Assembly: GCA_044892525.1 (NCBI GenBank) | Contig: CM097885.1 | Location: 49,912,001-49,976,000, forward strand | DNA: 64,000 nt | From: Schmidtea polychroa | Lineage: Eukaryota | Direction: 5' to 3' | Shown here: one piece after another, positions 1-36,859 of the stretch | Layout: every line of letters starts with the position of its first letter | Position numbering within the stretch: the stretch's first letter is position 1 | The notes under the pieces: generated by a model | Databases searched by the model: none | What the model saw: the letters and a program-made list of their open reading frames with translations, nothing else | What the model was told of the DNA's origin: nothing | Position numbers and translations under genes: made by a program

Positions 1-6
1 AAATTT

Positions 7-951
7 ATGGTCAATCTCCAGAATCCGATTTCTTTAAATGGTGACTGGGAAGTTGCACTGCAAGATTTTACATTCGTGTACAACACATTCCCATTTTATA
101 GTCAATGTAAGATTGATTTCAAAAGGAATATTGTGAAAACATGTAGCGGTATCTTTATTATTAGTAATTATGATAAAACATATCATATTCCGAACCAAAT
201 ATTAGATTCGCATTGCTATATATTTTACAAGGATGGATTAAATATCAGTTGTGATTTTAAACCATTTACAATAACATTCGAAACTATTGAAGATGTCAAA
301 CGAATGGGTTGCAATAAGCTGAAAAATATTGTTATGGAGACTGAGTATTTATTACGTTTTAATCTATTTGAAGCAAACAGTATAGTGAAAGAAGAAATCA
401 AAATATCTGTGTCGTATAATGATGAAGTTGAAGAATCATTCATCTTTGCTGATGAATTATATTTTGATAAACTTGATGTATTACTTAAATATTTAAATTT
501 CAATTGTTCACACATATTTAAAAATTTGGAAATTGTGAAAGATTTGATGTTTACCTTCAGTTTGAATGAGGATATTTGCGAAGTTACATTTGATAAAAAT
601 TTGGCAAATTCACTTGGATTAGATAACCAAAAATATAGAGAAAAATCGACTGGTATACGCAAACCAAGAATACTAGAACATCATCAACAAATGTTCATAT
701 ATACTAACATTATCGAACCCATAATTGTTGGTGATTCCAGTGTTCTTCTTTTGAAATCGGTATGGATTGGAAAATATGAACATGATGAAGTTGTCAATAT
801 AAATATCGATAATCCCATGTATTTACCAATAGCAAGTTCATGTATAAACAATATAGAAATAAATATTCGTGATGATAGTGGAAAACTTATAAACTTTCCA
901 AAAGGTTCAAAAACACATTTGACATTACATTTTCGTAAAGTAGATGGCTAA
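7..951 (+). CDS. Polinton minor capsid (penton-like) protein, probably 5'-partial
   Basis: N-terminal LQNPISLNGDWEVAL and C-terminal MFIYTNIIEPIIVGD...YLPI..SCINNIEINIRDDSGKLINF..THLTLHFR motifs typical of Polinton minor capsids. Confidence 0.85.
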   Translation: MVNLQNPISLNGDWEVALQDFTFVYNTFPFYSQCKIDFKRNIVKTCSGIFIISNYDKTYHIPNQILDSHCYIFYKDGLNISCDFKPFTITFETIEDVKRMGCNKLKNIVMETEYLLRFNLFEANSIVKEEIKISVSYNDEVEESFIFADELYFDKLDVLLKYLNFNCSHIFKNLEIVKDLMFTFSLNEDICEVTFDKNLANSLGLDNQKYREKSTGIRKPRILEHHQQMFIYTNIIEPIIVGDSSVLLLKSVWIGKYEHDEVVNINIDNPMYLPIASSCINNIEINIRDDSGKLINFPKGSKTHLTLHFRKVDG

Positions 952-1306
952 TTCTGATATTATTAGTATGTATAGTGATAGCCAATCTGGCGGTGAATTA
1001 CCATATTTTATTGGTAAACAGTACGGATCGGGATGGTTGAGAACAATTGGTAGATTTGCATTGCCTATTCTTAAACGTATTGGTAGTTTTGGTATGAAAA
1101 CTGCAAAAGATGTTATTATGAATGAACAGAAAATATTACCATCTCTAAAAACAAATGCTTTAGCTGAATTAGGGAAAGTTTTACCAGGGGTTGCAGGTAT
1201 GTTTCAAAAAGATACGCCTCCAGCTCCAGCTCCAAAACGTAAAAGACATGGAATATCACGTATAAACAAACGAATGAAAGGAAATGGAACTATATTTGCA
1301 AAATGA
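944..1306 (+). CDS. Polinton small virion core / membrane-active protein
   Basis: QSGGELPYFIGKQYGSGWLRTIGRFALPILK: Gly-rich protease-site-like motifs, amphipathic helix, basic C-terminus; overlaps both capsid genes. Confidence 0.7.
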   Translation: MANSDIISMYSDSQSGGELPYFIGKQYGSGWLRTIGRFALPILKRIGSFGMKTAKDVIMNEQKILPSLKTNALAELGKVLPGVAGMFQKDTPPAPAPKRKRHGISRINKRMKGNGTIFAK

Positions 1307-2526
1307 TTTGCGGTAAATCTGAATTATGTATATTTGATAGACCATCGCCCCAGGCTGTAATAGAATTTGGGGCATTTGAGGAAGTTTTTCCTATGAATTC
1401 AATTACCGATAGTAGAAATGATGTAGAATTTTACATCAATGGTTCTCAAACAGAATATTTAGATTTGAATGATACTTTATTGACTGTTCAAATCAAGGTT
1501 ATAGATAAAGATAAAAAGGCTTTGGGTGATGCTGATGCTACAATACCTAATAATTTTTTGTTTCATACACTTTTTAAAGATGCTATTCTTGGATTTAATA
1601 ATATCAAGATTGAAGGTGGCAACAATACATATATCCACAAGGCGATAATAGAAACTATTTTAAATTATAATACCGACACCAAAAATACATGTCTTACTCC
1701 TATGGGTTATGCAGCAAGTGATGACGAACGGAAAAAATGGATTAAAGGCTCAAAGATTTTCACCATGTGTTCATCATTACAACTCGATTTTATGGATCAA
1801 CCAAAATATTTACTTCCAGGAGTCAATGTACACATTAGACTGAAAAGAACCGATTCTTCTTTATCATTAACTAGTGGTGCTGGTCAACCAATATGTCAAT
1901 TAGTTGATGCAAAATTACTAGTAAGAAGAGTTCGAGTTGATCCGTCGGTATTAGCAGGTCATCAGTTGGGTCTTAATTCTAAGCATGCAATCTATCCTCT
2001 GAAAACAAAAGAAATTGTTTCATTTGCAATAGCCAAAGGTGCTTCTTCCTTCTATAAGGAACAAATATTTGGAGATAGAAGAATGCCAAACTTTATTCTG
2101 GTAACATTTCAAGGCGAAGCACAATATAATGGTTCATATAGTGCCTCCAGCTCAATTTTCAAAACCTTTGGTGTTACATCTCTAACTTTGTCGAAAAATA
2201 CTGATTATCGAGAAACATATACTCAAGATTTCGATAGTGACAATTACTGTGCTACATATATGCAGAGTATTGTTAGAAATATGGGATATTTAGATAAAAA
2301 TTTGAATTGCGGCATAACTCTTGAAGAATTCAAAACCAAATATCCATTCTTTACATTTGTTTTGGCCCCAGATTTTGATTTGAATCAGAGTCAATTACCT
2401 CAAAATGGAAATTTACGATTAGATATAAAGTTTGCAAAAGCTATTACAGAACCTGTGCATGTTATAACATATGGAGTATTTGAAAATGAAGTTCAAATTA
2501 CTGCAAATAGAACCGTTCTGGTATAA
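1303..2526 (+). CDS. Polinton double jelly-roll major capsid protein
   Basis: Intact 407-aa ORF with KSELCIF, EYLDLNDTLL, QPKYLLPGVNVHIRLKR and GNLRLDIKFAKA motifs. Confidence 0.9.
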   Translation: MICGKSELCIFDRPSPQAVIEFGAFEEVFPMNSITDSRNDVEFYINGSQTEYLDLNDTLLTVQIKVIDKDKKALGDADATIPNNFLFHTLFKDAILGFNNIKIEGGNNTYIHKAIIETILNYNTDTKNTCLTPMGYAASDDERKKWIKGSKIFTMCSSLQLDFMDQPKYLLPGVNVHIRLKRTDSSLSLTSGAGQPICQLVDAKLLVRRVRVDPSVLAGHQLGLNSKHAIYPLKTKEIVSFAIAKGASSFYKEQIFGDRRMPNFILVTFQGEAQYNGSYSASSSIFKTFGVTSLTLSKNTDYRETYTQDFDSDNYCATYMQSIVRNMGYLDKNLNCGITLEEFKTKYPFFTFVLAPDFDLNQSQLPQNGNLRLDIKFAKAITEPVHVITYGVFENEVQITANRTVLV

Positions 2527-2929
2527 ATGTATACAGAGATACAGAAAGTTGTCATGGAGTAAGTTGTTTTTTATACTGTTTAATTATTAAAATAGTTCTG
2601 TTCAGGTTAATCGAATTGGAAAACAAATATTAGGAAAAGAATTTTTAGGAGTTTTTTCTCTCGATAAAATACCATTTTTGAAAAATAATCAAGCCATAAT
2701 CGTCAATACCCATTCATCTCATCTCGGCGGAGAGCATTGGATTGCGATCTATATGAAACCAGATAAGATACATGTATTCGATCCTGTGGATTTCTATTAT
2801 CCTGCTTTATTGGTTTCGAAAATACAAACAATGGGCAAACCTATTGTATATAATAAAACAATGTATCAACACCCTTTAACTCGTACGTGCGGAACACATT
2901 GTTTAGGATGGCTAATGTCTATTAAATAA
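2527..2929 (+). CDS. Adenain-like maturation cysteine protease, one 37-nt intron (2559-2595)
   Basis: Splicing GTAAGT..AATAG gives ..MDSVQVNRIGKQILGKEFLGVFSLD..; catalytic motifs GEHW, FDP and YQHPLTRTCGTHC. Confidence 0.85.
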
Positions 2930-3075
2930 ATGTTTTTTATAAAAATGTGTTTTTATTATTTTATAATTATTATTATGTTTGTTATATTTGTTTAAAATGT
3001 CAATTTTACAGGTTTATATAAACTTATTATTTATATAAGTTCGTAAAGTTGTCTCTGAAAAATCAAAAACCAAAA

Positions 3076-3501
3076 ATGAACAATTCGATGAACAATTCCA
3101 GTAATATTTTACGTGCTCTCTTAACGAGCAGCAATGGTAATTTATTATTATTATTATTATTAATATTTCTAATTATTTATTTTCAGATAATTTAGATTGG
3201 TATGATGTGTCTGAAAATGAAGAACTGTTGGATTTGGAACATATTTTCGGTGAATTTTTTAAATTTGAGTTATTAATATTATTATTGTCTTAGAACCAAT
3301 AACAATTGAAGATGATGAATATGCTTCAATTATTATTATTGAGGACGATGATTTAGGTAAATTTATTTATTTATTTATTAAATTATTTAATAAATTATTA
3401 TTGATACAGAAAATGATGCCACCGTTTCTATTGAGGAGGAAAGAGAAATTAATGCCCCCGTTTCTATTGGGGAGGAAACAGATTTGGAGGAGACTTGTTA
3501 G
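3076..3501 (+). CDS. 92-aa acidic protein with several SIM-like motifs; exons 3076-3136, 3187-3249, 3294-3356, 3410-3501
   Basis: Three GT-AG introns (50, 44, 53 nt, all phase 1) join into one stop-free frame: MNNSMNNSSNILRALLTSSNDNLDWYDVSENEELLDLEHIFEPITIEDDEYASIIIIEDDDLENDATVSIEEEREINAPVSIGEETDLEETC. Confidence 0.72.
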
Positions 3502-3664
3502 TATTAATTTATTTTTAAGTATATTTTTTATAAAGTTTATTTTTAAGTCTATTTTATAAGCTTTAAATGTATATAAATAAATATTAATACTATAATGTCA
3601 GTATATGATGTATATAAGTATGTATATAAAATATACAGTATATACATATTTATGCTAATTTTTT

Positions 3665-5145
<1,481 letters not shown>

Positions 5146-5297
5146 TGCCCCACATAAATATCAATAAATACATGATAATAATATTGAATAAAAACATTGC
5201 AATAACTCTACAATAAATTACATTATGAATACACTTTTTATGATTAATATTTTTCAATAATTTATAAATATATTTGATATATATTTATAATTTATCA

Positions 5298-8200
5298 GGT
5301 CCATTATACCCACGATACTGTGTATCGTCAATCGGACATAGTTTGATATGCCACAAAAATATGAAGAAATATTATCGCCAACCTTTTAATGGCATCAACT
5401 TTTTTATTTGCTCCATATGCAAAACTTCCCAGAGTGTAAGGTATAAGGAATTTTATAGTCAACATTCTCAGCACTTAAATTCTTTCAAAACAAATAAAAA
5501 AGAACTGTTTAAAATAATAAATAAGAATAACATTGAAATTGTAAATATTTTAAATAATAACACAAAAAAGAAATCTAATAAAAGACCTTCTGAACATAGG
5601 GTGTCTAAAATTAAAAATAAAATTATAAAAACTGAAGTCATTGAGATCAGTGACGACGAAATTATTAAAAATGAAGTCATTCTACTCAGTGATGACGAAT
5701 GTAATAATATTATATATACTATAAATCATGATATTATAAATGATAATATTAATACTATAAATACTATAAATGAAAATATAAATAATGATAATACTATAAA
5801 TACTATAAATCAAATAGGTGGATCATCTTTAGTGATTAAGCCGATAATAGAATCAAATTTAAATGGCGCCATTCGAACTATTCGATTTGATATTGCCGAT
5901 TCACAATTAATTAAAATTATAATAACGGATAGGATCACTGAAAAGTTAATATCTGAAATAAATAACATGGGTAGCGTCAAAATTCAATTCGCTATTCTTA
6001 TAAGATTTGAAAAAGATGGGGAAATCCGTGACAACTACTTTTCAAATAAAGCCGAGATCTTTTCGGATAACTTTTTAATTGATGGGGTTAATAAGATAAA
6101 CGAAAAAATTGAAAAGTTTACCTATTTAGGTAGTGGCTGGAGAGTAATTAATATCTTAGAGATCGATTTCATTCTGACTAAATTTGCTCCTATTTGTCGC
6201 CTATCTGGTCATAGTTACATTCGTACACCTGCAGATTTGAAATCTAAAGGAGCAATTATAAATGTTAAAAATAAGGATCATAAGTGTTTTCTTTATAGTA
6301 TTCTCGCGCTCTTGAAAAAAGATGAAATAGGTAGCCACCCTGAAAGAGTTTCAAAATATGAAAATCTTTTAAATATTCTTAATTACAATGAAGTCACGGA
6401 TTGTCCGATGAAATTGTGTAATATACCTAAATTCGAAAAGAAAAATTTAGACTTAAATCTCGCCATAAATGTTCTGGCTTATACCCCTACTGTGATAGTT
6501 GATGATGATCAGGTTCCTAATGACTATGTTTTTAAACACCCCCACTTAAGTATAATTCACAGATCAACGGTTACTGTTGGTACTCCAATTTATTTATTAC
6601 TCTTGGAAAATAAGGATAATTATCATTACAACGCAGTGACCAACATTACACGTTTAATGAACTGCCATCGTAATAATGACTGTAGTATTCAAATAAGATG
6701 CGAATGGTGCCCACATTGTCTTAACGGTTTTCGAATGGACAATGCTTTCACTAAACATGTGGCCCTATGCAGTAAAAATCAAACGGGTACAACCCTTTAC
6801 ACTTTACCCGAAAATAAATATTTAGTGTTTCAAAATCATTCAAAGAGAATCACCCCACCCTTTGTTATTTATGCCGATTTTGAATCGGTTTTACCTAAAG
6901 ATGTTAAACATCATCAAATACATTTACCTATTTCAGCAGGTCTTTTATTAATAAATAATCTTAACAATAGAAAATCGTATTACGAGTTTTATGGTCTTGA
7001 TTGTATACCTCAATTTCTTAAAAAAGTAGAGCAAATTGCTGTCACAATTGTCCTACCTTATTATGAGCTTGAAGGGAAAAAACGGTTAGGACCTATGACT
7101 TTTGCTGAGGAACGACAATTCAAATCTTGTAGGAACTGCTATCTTTGCAAGAAGGTTTTATCCCTTGCTGTTCGAGATCATGACCATTTTACTGGTAATT
7201 ATCTCGGTGCAGCCTGTAGGAAATGTAATATGGCTCGCAGAATTTATAAACAGCTGCCGATTGTATTTCATAATTTACGAGGCTACGAATTACACCATAT
7301 TTTAAAATATGGTCTCAATGGCTTTCCTTCTTGGAATTTGGATATAATACCCACAAGCACAGAGAAATTTATCTCGATGATTGTTCACATTAAAAAATTA
7401 GCTGTTCGTTTTATCGACAGCATACAATTTGTTAATTGTTCTTTGGCTAAGGCTGTAAAAACTCTAACTGATCTTCCTTTGACTTCGTCGGTTTTTGATA
7501 GGCTAATAATAGATGCTAAAGCCATATTTCCTTATGATTATGCGACTGATTTGGATGTACTTGAAACCACTTATGAATTGCCTCCTATTTGGTCTGGTGT
7601 TACTGAAGATGAGTATGCTAAGGCTCAACTTATTTGGACTCAACAAATGTGCCCGCCTGGTTCGAAAGTTGAGAAGTTGATGCTCACGCATTGGCCAAAG
7701 AAGAACCATGTTCTTCATTGGAGGCTTCTCAAGCTTTATTTGTCTCTTGGTGCCAAAGTTGTACACATCCATAGTGCTATAAAATTCAAGCAAGCACCGA
7801 TTTTTAAAAATTATATAAATAAAAATACACAGCTAAGAGCTGAAGCAAGCAGTGAACTGTACAGAGATTTATTCAAATTGTATAATAATAGCTTGTACGG
7901 TAAATCCGTTGAAAACCTTCAGAAGAGATTAAATTCGACTATGTAATTCCGCGGAAAAATTAATTACATATTCATCAAAACCATCATTTAGAAAAACCAT
8001 CAAAATTGATGATGATCTTTTTGGTGTACATCTCAATAAGGAGTCTATATGTTTGGATAGACCCAGCTACATCGGACAATCAGTGCTGGATTTATCCAAA
8101 CTAAGGATGTATCAATTACAGTACATAGAATTAGCAAAATATAGGAGTCAGTTTAACTGTGATATAAATATAGTTGCGGGTGATACCGATAGTTTCTTCT

Positions 8201-8721
8201 TAGAGGTCAAAAATGTAAAGCTTGACGTTCTTTTGCCAGCGATGATTTCGGATGACTTGTTAGACACCTCAAATTATGATCCCTCTCATCCTTTATATTC
8301 TAGGAGACTCGACTCAGTTATAGGAAAGTTTAAGGATGAGAGTAAGGGTGTAGGATATAGTGAGTGGGTTTTCTTGCGACCAAAGTGCTACAGTCTTTTA
8401 GGAAATAAATCTACTATGAGAGCTAAGGGCGTAAAATTACCAGGTACAGATATAAAACATCAATCCTATTTAGACTGTTACAACAACAACACAGTTATTT
8501 CTGTACCTCAGACTAGAATAGGAACCCGAAATCATCAGCTTTTTACCTTTAAAAACTCAAAGATTGCTTTAACTAATCATGATGATAAAAGAGCTTGGGT
8601 AGAGAAAAACTCTAGTTTTGCATATGGTCATTATTTAGGAGTTGATGTCATTGATAATGACGATAATGATATTCAATCAGGAGCAGATCCCGATCTCATC
8701 AATCAAGATCTACAAGATTAA
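5298..8721 (+). pseudogene. polB: Protein-primed family B DNA polymerase with endonuclease VII-like insert; frameshift and internal deletion
   Basis: YADFES, RDHDHFTGNYLGAACRKCN, FHNLRGYE, KLYNNSLYGK, GDTDS and LRPKCY motifs; frameshift near 7930; ExoIII and palm motif A are absent between AQLIW and MCPPG. Confidence 0.9.
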
Positions 8722-9095
8722 TTTAATTCTGTGATCGGACTTGTTTGAATTTTTGTAAAATAGAAATTATTGTAAAGTCTCTTTTTCGTTTTATAATTAT
8801 CGGTTTTATTTCTTTGATTTTTTTTTTAATAATTTGATGTGTAAAAGTATTTTATTAAAATGTAGTTTGTTAATAAGAATAATAATAAAAATAATAATAA
8901 AAATAATAATACTTACTATATTGTGTACAAACATTATATCTTCAAATATATAACCATTGGATAGAGCTCTTCAAGACCTTTTTAATGAACCATTATTCAA
9001 TAAAATCTATCGAAGATAATCCTTAAAATTACCATTATTGATTTTAAATTATTTTCTTGTTTAATAAATGAGTGGTTTTAATGTATCTCTTATAA

Positions 9096-9608
9096 ATGTG
9101 TGCAGAATATAAGTATTTTCATAAATTTATTAAGAAATTACTGATGACCACGAGATCATTCAAGTTTTTAAACTGCACCGTTGAAGATTTTATGAACAAT
9201 TATGATACTCTCACTGAAAAGGAAACCATAAAAATTTTAGAAATTTTCAAACATTCCTCCATTGGATATTTGATTGATTTATTTAATTACAATAAATGCA
9301 TTTTGAAGTTATCGATTTATTTGATGCATTCAGACAAAGCAATAGTAGATAATGATTCATTGAATGAATGCTTTTGGAATTTTATGGATTTAAGGCTGGA
9401 ACCAGGATATAGTAGTGGATTGATTTATGAATGGATATCGAAATCCGAATTGATTGAAAATAAGCTAAGGAAAAAACTCAATGATGGTAGGAAAATGTAT
9501 TTAACTTGTTACATTTGTAAAGAAAATCAAGTATCGGTTTTGTTTTTACCTTGCGGACATGTAATTGTATGTTCTAAATGCCATGATTCAAATGTTCGCA
9601 AATATTAA
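9096..9608 (+). CDS. Protein with C-terminal IAP-type RING finger (possibly truncated)
   Basis: CYICKENQVSVLFLPCGHVIVCSKC; last CxxC missing. Confidence 0.7.
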   Translation: MCAEYKYFHKFIKKLLMTTRSFKFLNCTVEDFMNNYDTLTEKETIKILEIFKHSSIGYLIDLFNYNKCILKLSIYLMHSDKAIVDNDSLNECFWNFMDLRLEPGYSSGLIYEWISKSELIENKLRKKLNDGRKMYLTCYICKENQVSVLFLPCGHVIVCSKCHDSNVRKY

Positions 9609-9868
9609 TGAGTATCATACTATATACATTTAATAAACATTTATTTCTTTACCTTTGTTATTAATACTTTGAATATTGTAAATAATAAAACTATGTATCA
9701 AATAATAATATTCAAAATAAACCAAATTTACAAACTACCGCCCAGCCCCTTCGGGGCGGGCGGCGGTTGTGTATGTCGATGATTTTAATTTTTATTAAAT
9801 GCATTTGTTTGATTTCAGAATTCGATTTGTGTGACTAACCTTGTTAAATTTGAGTTGATGTAAATATA

Positions 9869-9958
<90 letters not shown>

Positions 9959-10071
9959 GTAATTTCTTATGAAGATTTATATTAAAGTGATTCAAAGCTG
10001 ATTTATGAAATTGGTTGAACCTTTTAAATGTAATTATCCAACAATAAATATTTAATGTAATAATGATCAAA

Positions 10072-10105
10072 TTCACTTAACAAGGCAGTGCCGACAATTT
10101 GTGAG
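10072..10105 (+). ncRNA. Degenerate minimal hammerhead ribozyme in a Penelope-like pLTR fragment
   Basis: CAC-TTAACAA-GGCAGTGCC-GACAATTT-GTG; flanks match 37730-37850; core mutated. Confidence 0.5.
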
Positions 10106-10239
10106 AGTCAACAAACATCGATATATTACTGATTTATAATCTTCAAAGTCTCTTTTCAATTCAATGGATATAATATAATCAGTGTTGAAATTGGAAGAAA
10201 TAAAAGTTCTTATAATAATAGTAATTATTTGTAAAAATT

Positions 10240-10271
<32 letters not shown>

Positions 10272-11938
10272 GGAAAAATACTGAATTATTATTGATTAAA
10301 ATATTTGAAGGGATAACATGTGGTATGAAATTATGCGTTAATAATCGATTACATCAACGGAAATTCACATGATTTGCACTATGAACTGTTACTAAATCAC
10401 GTGTGAATGATATCAGTAAATTATTATTATTATTATTGTTATAAGATTATATTCAAATGGAGTTTGCAACCAAAAATCAATGAATAAATTCGATTGCATA
10501 GATATTAAATAATAATTATCAATTTATAAATAATTGCCTTTGACCCACTTGTTTAAGACTGTGGTAGTCTTTAGAATATTATATAAATATGAATAAAGAG
10601 AGTAAAATTAATTTTCATTAATATGTAGTCCTTTAAAAAAAAATTTGACCTTGACCTTAAAAAATTTGACCTTGACCTTTTGGTGTCCTGGATGTGACAT
10701 GTCCTGGAGGTGACACATCCTACTACTGTTGAGGTATATTATTTTATTTATTATTGTTTAAATAATTGAATCAAATACTACTTCCTGGGTAAATGCAAAC
10801 TATGGATGGTATATTTTGATCGAAATCACTGCAAAAGGTAAAATATCTGATGAACATCTTGCAAAATTAAAAAAACTTATTAAAACTCGCTATTGGATTA
10901 TTTGTCATATATATTTGTAATAAAGTTTATCATAAACTCTAATAAATGAAGAAATGTCTTTATTGTTGTTTTATTTCAAATAAATACAATAAAATAGGAT
11001 TTATTGATTAATACTTATACAGCCTTCATCTCCTCATTATATTTTCTACAACATGATCAGTACAATCCTGAAAATCATTACATTCATTTTGTTTAATGTT
11101 TAGGTTCATTTACAGTTTCATCAACATCTGACAAAATTTCTTCATTAATTTGAGAATCTTCATTTATGCCTGAATCATTAAAAGATTCCCATTATTGGTC
11201 CAATGCTTCTAAAACTGTCATTAGTTCTCTAATTTTTAAGTTGATTAAAATTTCTAAATAAAATTAACAGATTATTAAATACTTATATTTTTCCTTTTTT
11301 AACGACATTATTATCATTTTTAAATTTAATTTATAGCATGTCTATGTTAAAGTTTGCATATATATTACATTTGATTTGCGTTCATATTGGAATAATAATA
11401 AATGCCGCTACCAAAAAATCATCACTTTTTAGTATAAAGTTTATACTATAAGGTTTTAATAACAAACAATTTATAACGAAAACAAACTTTAAACATAAAA
11501 TTTATTTTGAAACAATTTTTAAGAAATAAAATTGTCAAAGAGATTTCACATAGACTCATTCGAAAAATCAATGCGCACAGCAACTAAATCCGATGATGCA
11601 TGGGTATTTAGGTTTCATTTCCTTGATGTTTCCATTAATTTTCACATCTCACAAGAATTGGTTTATGAAGTCAAAAATCCATATTCTTGTGCTATTGTAG
11701 ACCAGGTCGAGGTTCATAGTTGCCGACCAGCATCTCGTCAGTTCATCCATTTCCGAATAATTATATTTTAACTGCTCCAAAATAACGGCAGCATAAAAAC
11801 AATAAAATATTAAAAATTAAAGTAATAAACTAAAATTACCATAATTCTCGATTTCATTTCCAACAGTGTTTGATGTATTATATATTAAAAACTGACATCA
11901 AATGAATAAACATTTTGTTTTAAACAATTCTCAACCAA

Positions 11939-12298
11939 TTAGATATTGGCTAATAAAATGATTTTATTTCTTATGCTCGTAATAAAATATTTGTACTCCA
12001 AACGTCGCAACCTTAATATCACAACTTTACCACTAGCAAACACATAGGATTATATTTTAAAAATTTCAAAGCAGGAAATAATTCTGTTCCAAACATACAG
12101 TGACATTTTCTTGACATGTTATATAAATTAATATTATGTCCCATATCAATAATAACCGTAATTGATTGAATTCTAATATTATTTGCAGTAAAAGGCTTAA
12201 ATTATCATTTAATTGTTTAAATTTTAATTAATGCTACTACCAAAAAATAATCTCTTTATACTAATATTAATAATAATATTAATAGTAATAATAATAAC

Positions 12299-12359
<61 letters not shown>

Positions 12360-12498
12360 TTAATAATAATAATAATAACAACAACAATAAAAATAATATT
12401 TATAATATTAAAATTACGAAAATGTGCTGTGGTTTTCAGGTTGAGAACATTGTATTTTACACATTGAAATTTCCTTTATAATTGATATTTGATAACAT
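11939..12498 (-). pseudogene. TATA-binding-protein-like pseudogene (copy 1)
   Basis: Reads MLSNINYKG..KPQ / IRIQSITVIIDMGHNINLYNMS..TELFPAL..VFASGKVVIL with stops, frameshifts and an (AAT)n intron. Confidence 0.7.
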
Positions 12499-12649
12499 TA
12501 TTAAATCATTTGTGAAATATTAATCTTTATATACCCTTTTTAGTAAGAGCTCATTAAAATGTCTGATATAAACAAAAACTATATTTATAAAACTTAACAT
12601 TTTCATCACAATTATTTTTCAATTTTAAAAACTCTAATCACAAATAAAA

Positions 12650-12933
12650 ATGTCGTTTCTTAATAATGACAGAAAATCCGTCGTATCAGGAAAAATTGTA
12701 AATTTTTACTTTTATTTTTATGTTTATTAATATTTTATTTAGAAAGCAGACAATGGAAATGGAAATAATCCAAATGGTAAATGTGTTTTTATTTTTACAA
12801 TTTATTAATATTGCTTTTAGATTATTATATCGGAGACTGGGCGGCCATCACGAAAAATGAAGATGAGGCGGATGTTTTCAATTATGCTAGGAATACTGAC
12901 GTTATTTCAGTAAAATATGAATATTTTTTGTAA
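12650..12933 (+). CDS. 64-aa unknown protein; exons 12650-12697, 12743-12776, 12821-12933
   Basis: Two GT-AG introns (45, 44 nt) give an open frame MSFLNNDRKSVVSGKIKADNGNGNNPNDYYIGDWAAITKNEDEADVF..; divergent from the TBP-like gene. Confidence 0.5.
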
Positions 12934-13237
12934 TATGATTTTAAATATTTTTTTAAAGTTTTGATATATTTGTAATTAATAATAATAATGATAAATTAGA
13001 ATTTTAAAGGGTAAATTACATTACATTTCAATAAAGGGTAAAACTTAGTAAATTTACGATTTATTGAAATGTATCATGTATTTTAGAATATTAATGATTT
13101 ATTTACCAAGTGTAAAATAACATGTTCAATAAAGAGGTTTTAGTCACTATTTTTAACTAGTAAACTAAAATAAATTTACTAATATTATTCATATTTATAT
13201 AACTACCAATAATCAAAATCATAAATAAATTACTTAC

Positions 13238-36533
<23,296 letters not shown>

Positions 36534-36750
36534 GAAATTGTTTATTTCAAAAAATGTAACTTAAACAAAAGTGACACTATGAATCAATGTCAATGTTTGT
36601 CGATTTGATTTATTTACTTATGTCCTCTTATTTAAACAATTCTTTAATTAAATATGATAAACAAAATTAACAAATTGATTATAACAGTCACTAAATAATG
36701 GCATCGATTTAAATATAACAAAAAACACCAAATCCAATATATATATTTTA

Positions 36751-36791
36751 CTACAATATATTTCGACAGAATCACTATCATCGTCAAGTAG
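36751..36791 (-). ncRNA. Minimal type I hammerhead ribozyme variant
   Basis: CTAC-TTGACGA-T-GATAG TGATT CTGTC-GAAA-TATA-TT-GTAG. Confidence 0.55.
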
Positions 36792-36859
36792 AATTGAAAT
36801 TCAAACTAAATCAATCTAAATTGCTCTTTTTTAAACAAACTAATTAACTAATTAATTAA

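Noticed and set aside
225..662. Antisense ORFs over capsid, PolB and transposase genes
   Set aside because: Shadow frames of the real coding strand with no motifs
9733..9790. Helitron 3' end at the GC hairpin
   Set aside because: No CTRR terminus follows the hairpin
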